A stretch of 64,000 nt of DNA from IMG/VR virus record IMGVR_UViG_3300046001_007123; one strand, given 5' to 3'. Every line of letters begins with the position of its first letter. The stretch's first letter is position 1. The notes below the pieces were generated by a model that made no database searches, had not been told where the DNA came from, and saw only the letters and a list, made by a program, of their open reading frames with translations. Below are positions 35,163 to 45,193 of the stretch, piece after piece. Source of the DNA: a virus. The translations under genes and the position numbers were made by a program.

Positions 35163-35522
35163 ATGGAACACAGCTTAAAAATAGGGAGAGCAATTAAATG
35201 TACGGATATTAAGTTTGTTAAAAAATTAATTAAGAAAAAAGGAATTGAATTCCAAGGAAGATTCCAAAGACCTAATGATTGTACCATCAAGGTAGTTAAT
35301 ATTCGAAAATATCAAAACTTATATTACTCTGATAAATGTGTTTACGAGGTGGACGTTACTGTTAAACTTAATGAATACTACTACACTTACTTTAATAGAA
35401 GAAATAACATCCACGCAAATAAACGAATTAGAAACTACCAAAATATAACGGATCTTTTAAATGAACTAGTTTATTTTAACATTAAGGATATACAAATTTC
35501 AAAAATTACTTTTGAACAGTAA
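35163..35522 (+). CDS. hypothetical basic protein
   Basis: 119-aa ORF. Confidence 0.4.
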   Translation: MEHSLKIGRAIKCTDIKFVKKLIKKKGIEFQGRFQRPNDCTIKVVNIRKYQNLYYSDKCVYEVDVTVKLNEYYYTYFNRRNNIHANKRIRNYQNITDLLNELVYFNIKDIQISKITFEQ

Positions 35523-35527
35523 TTGAT

Positions 35528-35540
35528 TATATTTATTAAT
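35528..35540 (+). promoter_or_regulatory. TATATTTATTAAT box abutting ATG
   Basis: The same 13-mer also sits immediately before ATG 48462 and, at a short distance, before ATG 45194. Near variants precede 53915, 44667 and 54787. Confidence 0.4.
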
Positions 35541-36452
35541 ATGAAATTATCAATAACTGAGCAACAATATAAGATCATACAATCTCGATTAAATTATAAT
35601 CAAGTACTTGAGGAGATGGTATTTAAACTTTCCATCCTTACTGAAGATGAAGAAAGACAACCCGATATGGAGTGGGATTTCACTGAAGTTAAAAATGAGT
35701 TAGACCTTTCAAAACTATGGGTTAAGACCAAAGAAGACGCAAAAGAATATCTATCCAACTTAAAAGAAAAGATTAAAAACCTACCAAGTGATTTAAAAAA
35801 AAGAATATTAAAATATGTTCTATATTCTTTCTTAGGGTTATTATCGTTAAACCAAATCAACAATTACTTAGAAACACCATTACAGAATGTTGTTAAAACA
35901 GAGAAGAAGATTTTTAAATCTATGGAGATCCCAAGGATTCGAAAATCTTCTGAAGGGATCTTTAACCATTTAAAAAGAGAGGAAGGGTCTGTTAGACATA
36001 AAGGCGAACCGATTTTAACAGCATACGACATTGGTGACGGAGCATATACAATAGGATATGGTCACGCAATATTTCCAGGTGAAGATGAGGGTTATGAATT
36101 CTTACCTAACTACAATGATATCGTACCAGGTCAAACTGCAATAACCAAAAAAAATGCTGAAACATTACTTAAAAATGATATCATTGAAGCTGAAGGTATC
36201 ATAAATAAAATTTTAGATGATTGGGAGAAAAAAGGTATTAAAACAAAAATAACGCAAGGTATGTATGATGCGATGGTGTCAATGGCATACAATATGGGTA
36301 GTGGAATTAGGAAAAGTGATTTCATACAAGCGGTTAAAAGAGGTGATTTAGAAGGAGCCAAAGAATTGATCCTTCAGACAAGTTCACATATGTTTGATAA
36401 ATTCCCTGGCCTTGAGGTGAGAAGGAATAATGAATATAATATGTTTGTATGA
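35541..36452 (+). CDS. GH24 (T4-type) lysozyme with family-1 N-terminal module and internal TM segment
   Basis: N-terminus MKLSITEQQYKIIQSRL (family-1 module). TM segment ILKYVLYSFLGLLSL. Lysozyme core YTIGYGH...ITKKNAETLLKNDI...MYDAMVSMAYNMG...GLEVRRNNEYNMF aligns with the T4 e lysozyme. Confidence 0.75.
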   Translation: MKLSITEQQYKIIQSRLNYNQVLEEMVFKLSILTEDEERQPDMEWDFTEVKNELDLSKLWVKTKEDAKEYLSNLKEKIKNLPSDLKKRILKYVLYSFLGLLSLNQINNYLETPLQNVVKTEKKIFKSMEIPRIRKSSEGIFNHLKREEGSVRHKGEPILTAYDIGDGAYTIGYGHAIFPGEDEGYEFLPNYNDIVPGQTAITKKNAETLLKNDIIEAEGIINKILDDWEKKGIKTKITQGMYDAMVSMAYNMGSGIRKSDFIQAVKRGDLEGAKELILQTSSHMFDKFPGLEVRRNNEYNMFV

Positions 36453-37087
36453 TGAACGATAAAAAAATATTAAGTTTATTAAAAAAGTTTGAAGGTGGCA
36501 CCATTGATGTTGATGGGATGATACTCACACCAGTAAAAGTGTCCGAAAAAAATGAATATGTTTATTTTAGGGCTCAAAATCCAAACGATGTGCCATATTT
36601 TAGACCAATATTATTTTATAAACTTGAAGGTGTGTTGGATGAATTTGGGGATTATATAAATCAAAAATTAAAACCTATGATTCATAACGAAGACATTGAT
36701 AATGGGTTATATTTGAGTGAAGAGGTAACCGAAAAAATACAAAATGTATTAAATAATATTTCCGTTATAACTTTTCATTATCCCGACAAATATAGTGAGG
36801 TTAAGATTTATGGGGTTTCTGAAGGATTTAACACTGATTGGGAATTTGATAATTACTCAATAAAAAATATATTTAAACCATTAAGAGCATCCGTTAACGG
36901 TAAAGAGGAAAATGTTGGTGAAGCTGTGGAAAAATATTACGATTTTTTAGAAGAGAAAGAAACGTATTGGGAGTCAGAGCGTTTGTACTCTAACATAGAC
37001 GATGTGATTAATGAATATCCACTTTTACAGGACTACTATAGTGATACCGCTACATATTACGCAACTAGGTTTAACTTAAAATCTTAA
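36449..37087 (+). CDS. hypothetical protein
   Basis: 212-aa ORF. Confidence 0.45.
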   Translation: MMNDKKILSLLKKFEGGTIDVDGMILTPVKVSEKNEYVYFRAQNPNDVPYFRPILFYKLEGVLDEFGDYINQKLKPMIHNEDIDNGLYLSEEVTEKIQNVLNNISVITFHYPDKYSEVKIYGVSEGFNTDWEFDNYSIKNIFKPLRASVNGKEENVGEAVEKYYDFLEEKETYWESERLYSNIDDVINEYPLLQDYYSDTATYYATRFNLKS

Positions 37088-37170
37088 CATAAATCAAGAC
37101 ATTTTTAATTTACAAGTCCCGATAAAAGGATTATGTTTTGGTAAGAAAATAAACCAAAATAAATATAAAA

Positions 37171-37722
37171 ATGAAACAATTAGTAATTGACCCATCTCAC
37201 TCTGACTTGGGATTTAAAATTAAACACTTGATGGTATCAAATGTTAAAGGAACATTAACTGATTATTCAGGTGGAATGAAATACACTATGGATGATATGT
37301 CAGATGCTGAGGTTAGATTTGAGGCTGAAGTTAAATCAATTTCTACTGGTAACACAGATAGAGATAAACACCTTAACAATGAAGATTTCTTCAACACGGA
37401 GAGGTTCCCTAAAATGTATTTTGAATCAACTTACGTTAATCTTGACAATGGAAAGATGAAAGGTGAAATGACAATCAAAGATACAACAAAAGAAATTGAG
37501 TTGGACATCGAATACAATGGTAAAAATACGGATCCTTGGGGTAACACAAAACACGGATTTGAAATTAGCGGAGTAATTAATCGTTCAGATTATGATCTTA
37601 CTTGGAACGCGACTCTTGACACAGGAGGAGTATTATTAAGTGATGAGGTGAAGTTAAACTTAGATGTTCAGATGTTAGAAATGGTAGAAAATTTAGAACC
37701 TCAATCTGAAACTGCGGAATAA
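37171..37722 (+). CDS. YceI-like (polyisoprenoid-binding) domain protein
   Basis: IDPSHSDLGFKIKHLMVSNVKGT...FEAEVKSISTGNTDRDKHLNNEDFFNTERFPKMYFEST matches the YceI family. Confidence 0.7.
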   Translation: MKQLVIDPSHSDLGFKIKHLMVSNVKGTLTDYSGGMKYTMDDMSDAEVRFEAEVKSISTGNTDRDKHLNNEDFFNTERFPKMYFESTYVNLDNGKMKGEMTIKDTTKEIELDIEYNGKNTDPWGNTKHGFEISGVINRSDYDLTWNATLDTGGVLLSDEVKLNLDVQMLEMVENLEPQSETAE

Positions 37723-37751
37723 TATAATTTTCGTACAACACAAAACTATAA

Positions 37752-37782
37752 AATCCCTACATAATTGTGGGGATTTTTCTTT
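37752..37782 (+). terminator. rho-independent terminator (AAATCCCTAC-loop-GTGGGGATTTTT)
   Basis: GC stem plus T-run. Belongs to the ATCC..GGGGAT terminator type. Confidence 0.65.
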
Positions 37783-37802
37783 TATTAAAGTATTTATATG
37801 TG

Positions 37803-39344
37803 ATGAAAAGTTTAATTAAAAAAGTATTACAGGAAGAGGTTAAAGGTATTTTAACTGAAAGTGGTATAAGAAACATACGTGAATTAGCAAAGAGATACCC
37901 AATGGCTAAAATTTACTTTCACCAAGATTTGGATGGAGTAACTACGGCTTTAGCGATGAAAAACTATTTGGAACAACACGGGATCAAAGTTGTTGATGCT
38001 GAGATAATCCAATATGGGGACAAAGAGTTTGCGATTAAGAAACAAGATGCTTCAGGTGATATAATGCCAGTACTTGTTGATTTTGCTCACGGAAAACCAA
38101 TGTTTGTTATTCATACAGATCACCACGATACTCAAGCGGGTGTTGAAAAAGGAACCTCAACAAACTTTAAACCATCAAGATCAAACGTTGAGACGATCTC
38201 TCAAACAATTTCACCAAAGGATATCTTCACCAAAGATGATATTGAGTTAATTTCAATGGTGGATTCGGCTGACTACGCAAAGAATGATATCACACCAGAA
38301 CAGGTAATGAATTATTTGTATAAGTTCGATAGAGAAAAATCAGTAGGTCAAAACAAAAAACTATTAGGTTTGATTACAAACAAACTTCTTTTAGCATTTA
38401 AAAACAAACCTAATTTCTTAAGAGATATTGTTATGAATGCTAAACCATCTTTAATGAGTATGTTATTAAACATTAAAGATCAGATGAAAACAAAAGGGTA
38501 TGCTAGTATTGAGAACTTAGAAAAAAACAAAGAAGATTATGTTAGGTCTCAGAAAATGAATCCAAACGTCGATCTTCAAGATAAAGTAATCGTTCAATAT
38601 GGTGGTGGTAATATGATGAGACCTGGATCATATGATCGATTTACTCCATTTAGAAATAATCCTGAAGCTGACTTCTTGGTAATTGCTTGGCCAATGGGAA
38701 TGGTTCAGGCATCTTGTAATCCATTTAAGAAAGAAAGAGCACTTAAAGGTGTTAACTTAGGTGAGGTTAAAGATGAGGTCTTAGGTAAATGGGAATCTCA
38801 ATTAAGAGAAAAAATGATTCCATTATCAACAATAAAGTGGGTATCTGAATCAGGAAAAGATTTCGGAGGAGAGTCAGTTGGATTTACATTCAAAGATTTT
38901 ATGGCACTTTATGGTGATAAATTCGATGGATCAAAAACAAGTGAAAAATCTTTAGAGGTTATCAAAAAAGCAATGGATACACCATTCAAGGAATTATCCG
39001 AAAAAGAAATGGACTTAATGGATTCTATACAAGTTAGCGCTTGGGATTTAATAAATGCTAATAGTGGTGGACACAAATGTATTACAAACATATCGGCATT
39101 GAATTACTTTGGTCGTGGAAAAAGACCACCAAAAGGAAAATATAGTTACGATGCAAATGCTGAAGATTCGGCATATGTTAAGTTTACGAAGATGATCCAA
39201 CGTGAGTTTGCAAGAGTTCTTAAAGAAAAGATTGCAAAAGCTGGTGACGAAAGATATGAACCTGAGTATGAGATTGATGTTAACGAATCGGTTAGAATTA
39301 CCAAATCAAAAATCAAATCAAAACCTTATAAAATCAACAGATAA
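37803..39344 (+). CDS. DHH/DHHA1 phosphoesterase with family-2 N-terminal module
   Basis: N-terminus MKSLIKKVLQEEVKGILTES. DHH motifs HQDLDGVTTALAM, VDFAHG, IHTDHHD. C-terminal GGH (DHHA1-like). Confidence 0.7.
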   Translation: MKSLIKKVLQEEVKGILTESGIRNIRELAKRYPMAKIYFHQDLDGVTTALAMKNYLEQHGIKVVDAEIIQYGDKEFAIKKQDASGDIMPVLVDFAHGKPMFVIHTDHHDTQAGVEKGTSTNFKPSRSNVETISQTISPKDIFTKDDIELISMVDSADYAKNDITPEQVMNYLYKFDREKSVGQNKKLLGLITNKLLLAFKNKPNFLRDIVMNAKPSLMSMLLNIKDQMKTKGYASIENLEKNKEDYVRSQKMNPNVDLQDKVIVQYGGGNMMRPGSYDRFTPFRNNPEADFLVIAWPMGMVQASCNPFKKERALKGVNLGEVKDEVLGKWESQLREKMIPLSTIKWVSESGKDFGGESVGFTFKDFMALYGDKFDGSKTSEKSLEVIKKAMDTPFKELSEKEMDLMDSIQVSAWDLINANSGGHKCITNISALNYFGRGKRPPKGKYSYDANAEDSAYVKFTKMIQREFARVLKEKIAKAGDERYEPEYEIDVNESVRITKSKIKSKPYKINR

Positions 39345-39348
39345 TAAA

Positions 39349-39648
39349 CTACGCAAGATTCTTTAGAACCATCTCCAAAGAGTAGATGGATTCTTTGTCT
39401 TGTTTAGTTTTATTTGTCTTAGATCTTAAGTAGTTCAAACTATCAATAATTTCTTCTCTCTTACTTTTTGATCTCAAAGGTGGGGTTACCAATGAGGGAG
39501 TTTTTCTTGTATTCGCCTTACTTAAATTATCAGATCCAAGAAACTCTCTAACAATCTCTAACGACTTATCAGGATTCCAAGTGAAGATGTTAACCAAAAC
39601 GTATGCGAATATCTTTTTCATATTATAAAGATACAAAATATTCAACAC
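39349..39648 (-). CDS. hypothetical protein (isolated minus-strand gene, signal-peptide-like N-terminus)
   Basis: 99-aa ORF. MKKIFAYVLVNIF... Confidence 0.4.
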   Translation of the reverse strand: MLNILYLYNMKKIFAYVLVNIFTWNPDKSLEIVREFLGSDNLSKANTRKTPSLVTPPLRSKSKREEIIDSLNYLRSKTNKTKQDKESIYSLEMVLKNLA

Positions 39649-39677
39649 ATAACTATCTTTAAGGATATTTATTTATA

Positions 39678-40319
39678 ATGAAACAACTCATCAGACATAT
39701 ATTAAAAGAAGAAGTTAATCGAAAATATTCTAAACCTACACCAAAGGTAGAACAACTTGTTTATAGATGGTTAAATGATTATTTTAATGGTGCTCAAATG
39801 TACCACAACAAATCGTGGGAATCAACACATAGTTTTGAATTTTGTAATCACGGAAAAGAAATATTACATATTACTTTATATTTTAATGTTGATTATAGTG
39901 TTTATGATGATAAAAGAAAAACCGAAGAAAGAGATCTTGAGCGAGGTTACCTAACAGTTCCAAAAAATGTATTTGAAGAGTTATCGTTAGATATTCCTGT
40001 AAGGGCAAGTTATTTAAAATACCTTTTTGAAGAATGGTTTGACGATACTTATTTAGGTGAAATTCAAAAGTTTATGGGTAGAAATGATATCTATATTGAT
40101 GAATTTGATGTTACTGGTAGAGACGCTGAAACTTGCGTACCACCAGTAACAAAACCTGAAGATGTGAGTGATGAGGATATGATACAATATATTCTTAAAA
40201 CCACACTTTTTAAAAAAGATGATATATTAAAATATGAAAATGAAGAACCAGGTTGGATTGAAAAAACTTATTTAGAAAAACTTCGCGGTGATGAAATGGA
40301 AAGATTAAGAGGACAATGA
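39678..40319 (+). CDS. family-2 member (MKQLIRHILKEEVNRK)
   Basis: First of five consecutive paralogs. Stop and start codons overlap. Confidence 0.55.
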   Translation: MKQLIRHILKEEVNRKYSKPTPKVEQLVYRWLNDYFNGAQMYHNKSWESTHSFEFCNHGKEILHITLYFNVDYSVYDDKRKTEERDLERGYLTVPKNVFEELSLDIPVRASYLKYLFEEWFDDTYLGEIQKFMGRNDIYIDEFDVTGRDAETCVPPVTKPEDVSDEDMIQYILKTTLFKKDDILKYENEEPGWIEKTYLEKLRGDEMERLRGQ

Positions 40320-40822
40320 GAGAACTAATAAGAAAAATATTAAATGAAAGTATAGTCAAGGATCAAGTTAAACAATTGATTGATGATGAAGGTCTTGCAG
40401 GTGCTATAGAATATATTGGTGGTGCCGATAATTTAATTAAGATCTTATATAATGGTGATATAATGAAATACTACGAAGAAACGGGATTCCGACCGATAAG
40501 ATTAACTATAGATCCCAATTTATATATTGATGATCTAATTGTTCAAAAGTTAAATTTACCATCAATTAGGTTTTCAGGTCAAGATATGAAAGATTTAGGT
40601 GAGTTTAGTTGGACAACTAATGGTCATACTTATAAGTTTAATGCTCAATTGATACCAAGGGATCTTTACTCAGGTCAAAAAATATGGAGAGTTGTTGGTC
40701 AATCAGGTGATTATGGATTTGGTTATTCATTTATTACTAAAAGAAATACATTAGGTAAAAGGGCAAGAACACAAATATACAACCAAATAATAGATAAATA
40801 CGATTTACAAGAGTACCTGTGA
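40316..40822 (+). CDS. family-2 member (MRELIRKILNESIVKD)
   Basis: ATGA junction. Confidence 0.55.
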   Translation: MRELIRKILNESIVKDQVKQLIDDEGLAGAIEYIGGADNLIKILYNGDIMKYYEETGFRPIRLTIDPNLYIDDLIVQKLNLPSIRFSGQDMKDLGEFSWTTNGHTYKFNAQLIPRDLYSGQKIWRVVGQSGDYGFGYSFITKRNTLGKRARTQIYNQIIDKYDLQEYL

Positions 40823-41664
40823 GAGAACTAATTAGACATATCTTAAAAGAACAATCGAATAAACTTAAGTTATTAAAAGTAATTCAAAATGAAGGTATTT
40901 TTAGTGCCGCTGAACTTGTCGGTGGACTAAATAACCTTAAAAGAGTATTCAAAGATAACAAGGCAATAATTGATAGAATTGAATCTCTTAAAGGTAAAGT
41001 CACCTTTGGTTATGATGGAATCGATTTCCCGTTCAACTTTGATATCATTGGAATGAAGGCAAACAAGTGGAATACTAATTTTTGGCCAATAGTTAATGTT
41101 ACTTATGACAATAGTGAATTAACTGAGGAGGAAGATAACTTGGTTAAACGTTTTATTATTGAAGGACAAGATAGTCCATATAATGTTTCTTTAGATAAAA
41201 ATTACGAAAAAATTAGGTTCAACACACCTAATTATATTACTATTAAGGAAATAAATGGTGAAAATGCTGATCAAATTGATTTCCCTATAGTACCATTTAC
41301 AGATCCATTTGATGAAATGTTACAATTAAGAAGTAAGTTATATAAAAAAACATCTCTTTACGAAAGTGTTGAGGACACACAGAAAAACGTAATCAATTTT
41401 CTTATGAGAAGATATGAAGTTGAGGATAAAGATTTGGGTTGGGGTGAAGATAATTTACCGATGAGGTTAGTTAAATTCGACGTTAACGGACAAACCTACG
41501 TTATCACAAGTTTCGACACAAAAAGAAAACAGATAAATGAGATACTTTATATGTTAATCGAAAATAATATAATCGAGAGACCGTTTGAAAACTTTAACGA
41601 AAACGATCCGTATAGACAAAAAATAGTTAGAACAATTAAAATGTTTTTGAATAAAGTAATGTAA
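40819..41664 (+). CDS. family-2 member (GTG start; MRELIRHILKEQSNK)
   Basis: GTGA junction with the upstream stop. Confidence 0.5.
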   Translation: MRELIRHILKEQSNKLKLLKVIQNEGIFSAAELVGGLNNLKRVFKDNKAIIDRIESLKGKVTFGYDGIDFPFNFDIIGMKANKWNTNFWPIVNVTYDNSELTEEEDNLVKRFIIEGQDSPYNVSLDKNYEKIRFNTPNYITIKEINGENADQIDFPIVPFTDPFDEMLQLRSKLYKKTSLYESVEDTQKNVINFLMRRYEVEDKDLGWGEDNLPMRLVKFDVNGQTYVITSFDTKRKQINEILYMLIENNIIERPFENFNENDPYRQKIVRTIKMFLNKVM

Positions 41665-42113
41665 TGAAAGAATTAATTAGACATATATTAAAAGAGGAGG
41701 TTAACAATAGTAAAAACATTACTAAAGGTATTAATCTTGCGGTTAAATTACTATCCAAAAAATATCCATTCATTGTTGGATGGAAATTGGCTAACGAATT
41801 AAATGATTATACATATACTATTTATGTGAACTTACTTGTAGATTTCCCAAAAGTTAAAGAATATTATGGACTTGAGACAAATAAAGTATATTTAAGATCT
41901 CCCGAATTTATTTATGACTCAGGACACGGAAAACCTTACCCTTTCTCTGCTTTGGATTATGATAAAGTATTTGATGACCCATTTTTTATTAATAAAGAGT
42001 TAGTGAATAATTTTTCTGACATATATAATGATTTACCTGATAGTTTAAAAATGGAACGTGGTGACGACAAATATAAAGATATAAATGTGGATAGTTATTT
42101 TTATGTCAAATGA
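41664..42113 (+). CDS. family-2 member (MKELIRHILKEEVNNSK)
   Basis: TAATG junction. Confidence 0.55.
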   Translation: MKELIRHILKEEVNNSKNITKGINLAVKLLSKKYPFIVGWKLANELNDYTYTIYVNLLVDFPKVKEYYGLETNKVYLRSPEFIYDSGHGKPYPFSALDYDKVFDDPFFINKELVNNFSDIYNDLPDSLKMERGDDKYKDINVDSYFYVK

Positions 42114-43756
42114 AAAAATTACTTAATAAAATAATACAGGATTTTATTTTACCTGAATACAAACACGTAATATGTGATATTGAGGTTAAAGATCCAAATG
42201 AAAGATTTGATACCTTGGGAGGAACTCCATTTAAATCACCAAGTGTTACTATAACATTTATTGGTGGTCGAGGAACAAAACTTTGGCCCGTTACTCAAGG
42301 GATTCAGAAAATGTATGATGACGTAATGGATGAGGTTTGGCATACCATATATGATTATACTGAAACTGCTGTCGACATCTATAGCAACACCACAAAAGAT
42401 TGTGGGAAAGAAAACATTTACCTTAAAGAACATATTAAAAAAGTTTTAAAAGAAGAAACACAAAAAATTAAAAAAAGAGCTCCATTGGAAAAGGCCGTTA
42501 CAACTTTTATTGAATCGTTGTTGGAAGATTATGATCTACCTGAAAATTTTAAAGGAGTCGCTGTTGATATTGTTGATGGTGGTAAAGAATGTCATATTAC
42601 AGGACTATTCGAGAATAGTTTTAATCAAAATGATTCTAATAAACTATTTTCAGTCTTCAATAAAATAAAGAAAGAAATACCAAATTATTTTGGAGACCAA
42701 TTTGATTACGTAACAACTGGTAACTCAACCATAAATAATTATAACGATCATCAGTGGTGGTATGATAAGAAAAAATCAATTAATGAATCAAAATTCTTTC
42801 GTAGAAGAATTGATATGGTCCTGATGGACAAAGAATTCTATGAGTATTTAAATATCGTTACCAGTCTTTCTTTAGAAAGGATTCTTAATAATGTTGAATT
42901 TAATTTTAATGATTTCAACGACGGAGTTATAACTCACCTTATAGATGCTTACTATATGGATTTATCCGATAATAGATCAAACAAAGTACCTTATGATGAA
43001 ATTTATGACTTCCTGTCAAAATATTATTACGATAAGATCAAAGATAGGTATGATAGTTTGTTTACCCAAAACATCAATGAACTTTTTAATCGAAAAGACA
43101 TTAGAAGAAGAACATCTGAATTTAACGAGGAGAACATCATACGATTGATTAAAAAGGAAATGAGTGAAACAGACCCGAACGATTATTCGGATGAGTATGA
43201 TTATGCTTCCGACATAATAAGTTGGGTTATTCCACATTTTTATCCATATAATGAATACGACCCAAAGTATGAGGACACATATGAGGAGATTGATGATTTT
43301 ATGAAGATGGAATACGGAGGAATGATATTTGATTACTTCAATGAAATTAATCCTGATATTAACGATTTAAATGAATCGGAAAACAAAAAGTATGGATTAC
43401 TTAGACCAATAGAAGAGAATGGTTTATTTCAGGTAATGCAAGACACAGGACTATCTCTTCAACAAATCATATCAAAGACAGGTGAACTACCAAGAGAAGT
43501 ATTAGAGAGATACATTAGGGACTTTATAAATGAGGAAGGATATCATCAGACAAAAGGAGATGTAACGATAGAATTTTCAATAGAATTAGATAAAGATAAA
43601 AGTGCCGATTCATTTTATTTGTCGGGAGATAAGGTTACGGTAGAAGTAAATGAGTATGGTAAGTATGGTATGCAAATAAATGGATTTATAGAAAGACTAT
43701 CAAACTTCACTGATAAAGAAATTTATATGGTAGTTAAAGGTATGATTAATTGGTGA
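42110..43756 (+). CDS. family-2-related large protein with an internal second copy of the module (LKEHIKKVLKEETQKIKK at about aa 105)
   Basis: 548 aa. The N-terminus MKKLLNKIIQDFILPEY plus the internal module suggest a fusion of two family members. Confidence 0.5.
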   Translation: MKKLLNKIIQDFILPEYKHVICDIEVKDPNERFDTLGGTPFKSPSVTITFIGGRGTKLWPVTQGIQKMYDDVMDEVWHTIYDYTETAVDIYSNTTKDCGKENIYLKEHIKKVLKEETQKIKKRAPLEKAVTTFIESLLEDYDLPENFKGVAVDIVDGGKECHITGLFENSFNQNDSNKLFSVFNKIKKEIPNYFGDQFDYVTTGNSTINNYNDHQWWYDKKKSINESKFFRRRIDMVLMDKEFYEYLNIVTSLSLERILNNVEFNFNDFNDGVITHLIDAYYMDLSDNRSNKVPYDEIYDFLSKYYYDKIKDRYDSLFTQNINELFNRKDIRRRTSEFNEENIIRLIKKEMSETDPNDYSDEYDYASDIISWVIPHFYPYNEYDPKYEDTYEEIDDFMKMEYGGMIFDYFNEINPDINDLNESENKKYGLLRPIEENGLFQVMQDTGLSLQQIISKTGELPREVLERYIRDFINEEGYHQTKGDVTIEFSIELDKDKSADSFYLSGDKVTVEVNEYGKYGMQINGFIERLSNFTDKEIYMVVKGMINW

Positions 43757-43879
43757 TAATATATTATTACATATTGATAGTGAAATGATGGGTAAAGTAT
43801 TTGAAAAGTTATTTAAAAAGAAAGTTAATATTGTAAGAGGATATGGTGAATTATAAATAATTTCTACTATATTTGCCAT

Positions 43880-44485
43880 ATGGAAGGATATATCTATTTG
43901 GGTGAATACTATGATGTTCTCGGAAGAGAACTCGACACAACCGACAAGAAGATCGGGAAAACAATCTCTTTAACTCAAAGAGAGTATCAACTTAACAGAA
44001 CAAAATCTCCAATAGGATATAAGATTATCTCTGCGTATATGGTAGACGATATGGATAAGGTGGAAAAACTATTACACGCCATCCTCGATAGTCGAAGATT
44101 GGTTGGGGAGTGGTTTAAAGATGATGAGGACACATTAACAGGTGAGTTCATCAACTTTATGAATATCTATGGGGCTACCACTATGGATATGAAACAACTC
44201 AAAGAAGAACAAATCTCATTAAGTGGTGATGAAAGATTAGTGAAGATCGCCGACTCATTTGGTAAAGATACGATGTTGATCCGAACATACAAAGGAATCG
44301 ACTACGACGTACTATTAGATTCAAAAGGAATATTACACTTCAACGGAGAAACCTTTGACACTCCAAATAAGTTCTACAATAGTGGTTTACTTAAGTTCTT
44401 AACTGGTAAACGAGGTAATAGTGGTACCAATCAGGTAACTCAATTTAAAGTTAAGGAAACGAAGGAATCACTAAGAGAATTATAA
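43880..44485 (+). CDS. T5orf172 (GIY-YIG-like) domain protein
   Basis: GYIYLGEYYD...KKIGKTISLTQREYQLNRTKSPIGYKII...VEKLLHAILDSRRLVGEWF follows the T5orf172 pattern (GxVYI..KIG.T....R...L....P.....E..LH..F...R..GEWF). Confidence 0.65.
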   Translation: MEGYIYLGEYYDVLGRELDTTDKKIGKTISLTQREYQLNRTKSPIGYKIISAYMVDDMDKVEKLLHAILDSRRLVGEWFKDDEDTLTGEFINFMNIYGATTMDMKQLKEEQISLSGDERLVKIADSFGKDTMLIRTYKGIDYDVLLDSKGILHFNGETFDTPNKFYNSGLLKFLTGKRGNSGTNQVTQFKVKETKESLREL

Positions 44486-44504
44486 TTTAATGAAAACAAT
44501 AATT

Positions 44505-44612
44505 AGTCAGGTGGCGGAATTGGTAACGTACATATAATGAGAGTTCTGCAGGCTCGCCCGAAAAGTAAGTTATATGGTGGTATAAATACAGGTTCGAATC
44601 CTGTCCTGACTA
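44505..44612 (+). ncRNA. tRNA-derived element A (tRNA-Leu-type acceptor/D arm and T arm/acceptor; 57-nt non-tRNA centre)
   Basis: 5' AGTCAGGTGGCGGAATTGGTAACG ... 3' ACAGGTTCGAATCCTGTCCTGACTA. The centre contains a 7-bp CATATAA/TTATATG stem and will not fold as an anticodon arm. Confidence 0.5.
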
Positions 44613-44614
44613 CA

Positions 44615-44650
44615 TAAAAATCCTTCACAATGGTGGGGGATTTTTATTTT
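44615..44650 (+). terminator. rho-independent terminator (ATCCTTCAC-loop-GTGGGGGAT, T-run)
   Basis: Follows element A directly. The next ATG is at 44667. Confidence 0.6.
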
Positions 44651-44666
44651 AGTATATTTATTAGAT

Positions 44667-45122
44667 ATGAATCTTAAGGAACAAATAAAGAAAGTATTAA
44701 GGGAAGAGACAAACATTAAACCTGCGTTAAGAAATCTAATTGATATGGCGGTTGATGGATTAGACGACTTATATTATGATTGGGCAGAATATGATTGTGG
44801 TATGGGAGTATGTTGTGACCCATATGCAATAGGATTTGTAAAACAAACAAGTGAGTATAACGATTACACCTTCAAGTTGGTTGATGGAGATAAATGGGAT
44901 GTGTATGGGGATTACCCTGAAGAATTTATTGATGACTTACCTGAAGTATGTTATGACACACCCGACCTTAGAAACCCAAACTTCAATACAATAATTTTAT
45001 ATGAAGAATTGGCTAGCGAAATTGAGGATTACTTCGGATCGGTTAAAAATTGGGAATCACCTCTATTGGATTTAATAAACGAAAAGTATCATAGTCACGC
45101 AACTAGAATATTATTCATATAA
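44667..45122 (+). CDS. family-2 member (MNLKEQIKKVLREETN)
   Basis: 151-aa ORF. TATATTTATTAGAT box abuts the ATG. Confidence 0.5.
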   Translation: MNLKEQIKKVLREETNIKPALRNLIDMAVDGLDDLYYDWAEYDCGMGVCCDPYAIGFVKQTSEYNDYTFKLVDGDKWDVYGDYPEEFIDDLPEVCYDTPDLRNPNFNTIILYEELASEIEDYFGSVKNWESPLLDLINEKYHSHATRILFI

Positions 45123-45193
45123 TTCACAATAAAAATCACAAAATAATAGATGTTTTCGTTATTCCATATATTTATTAATTAAAGTAGACAACT

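Noticed and set aside
39349-39648. A hairpin (CCATCT...AGATGG) near the 3' end of the DHH gene as its terminator
   Set aside because: The hairpin lies inside the minus-strand ORF 39349..39648 and lacks a T-run. It is probably coding sequence, so I made no terminator call.
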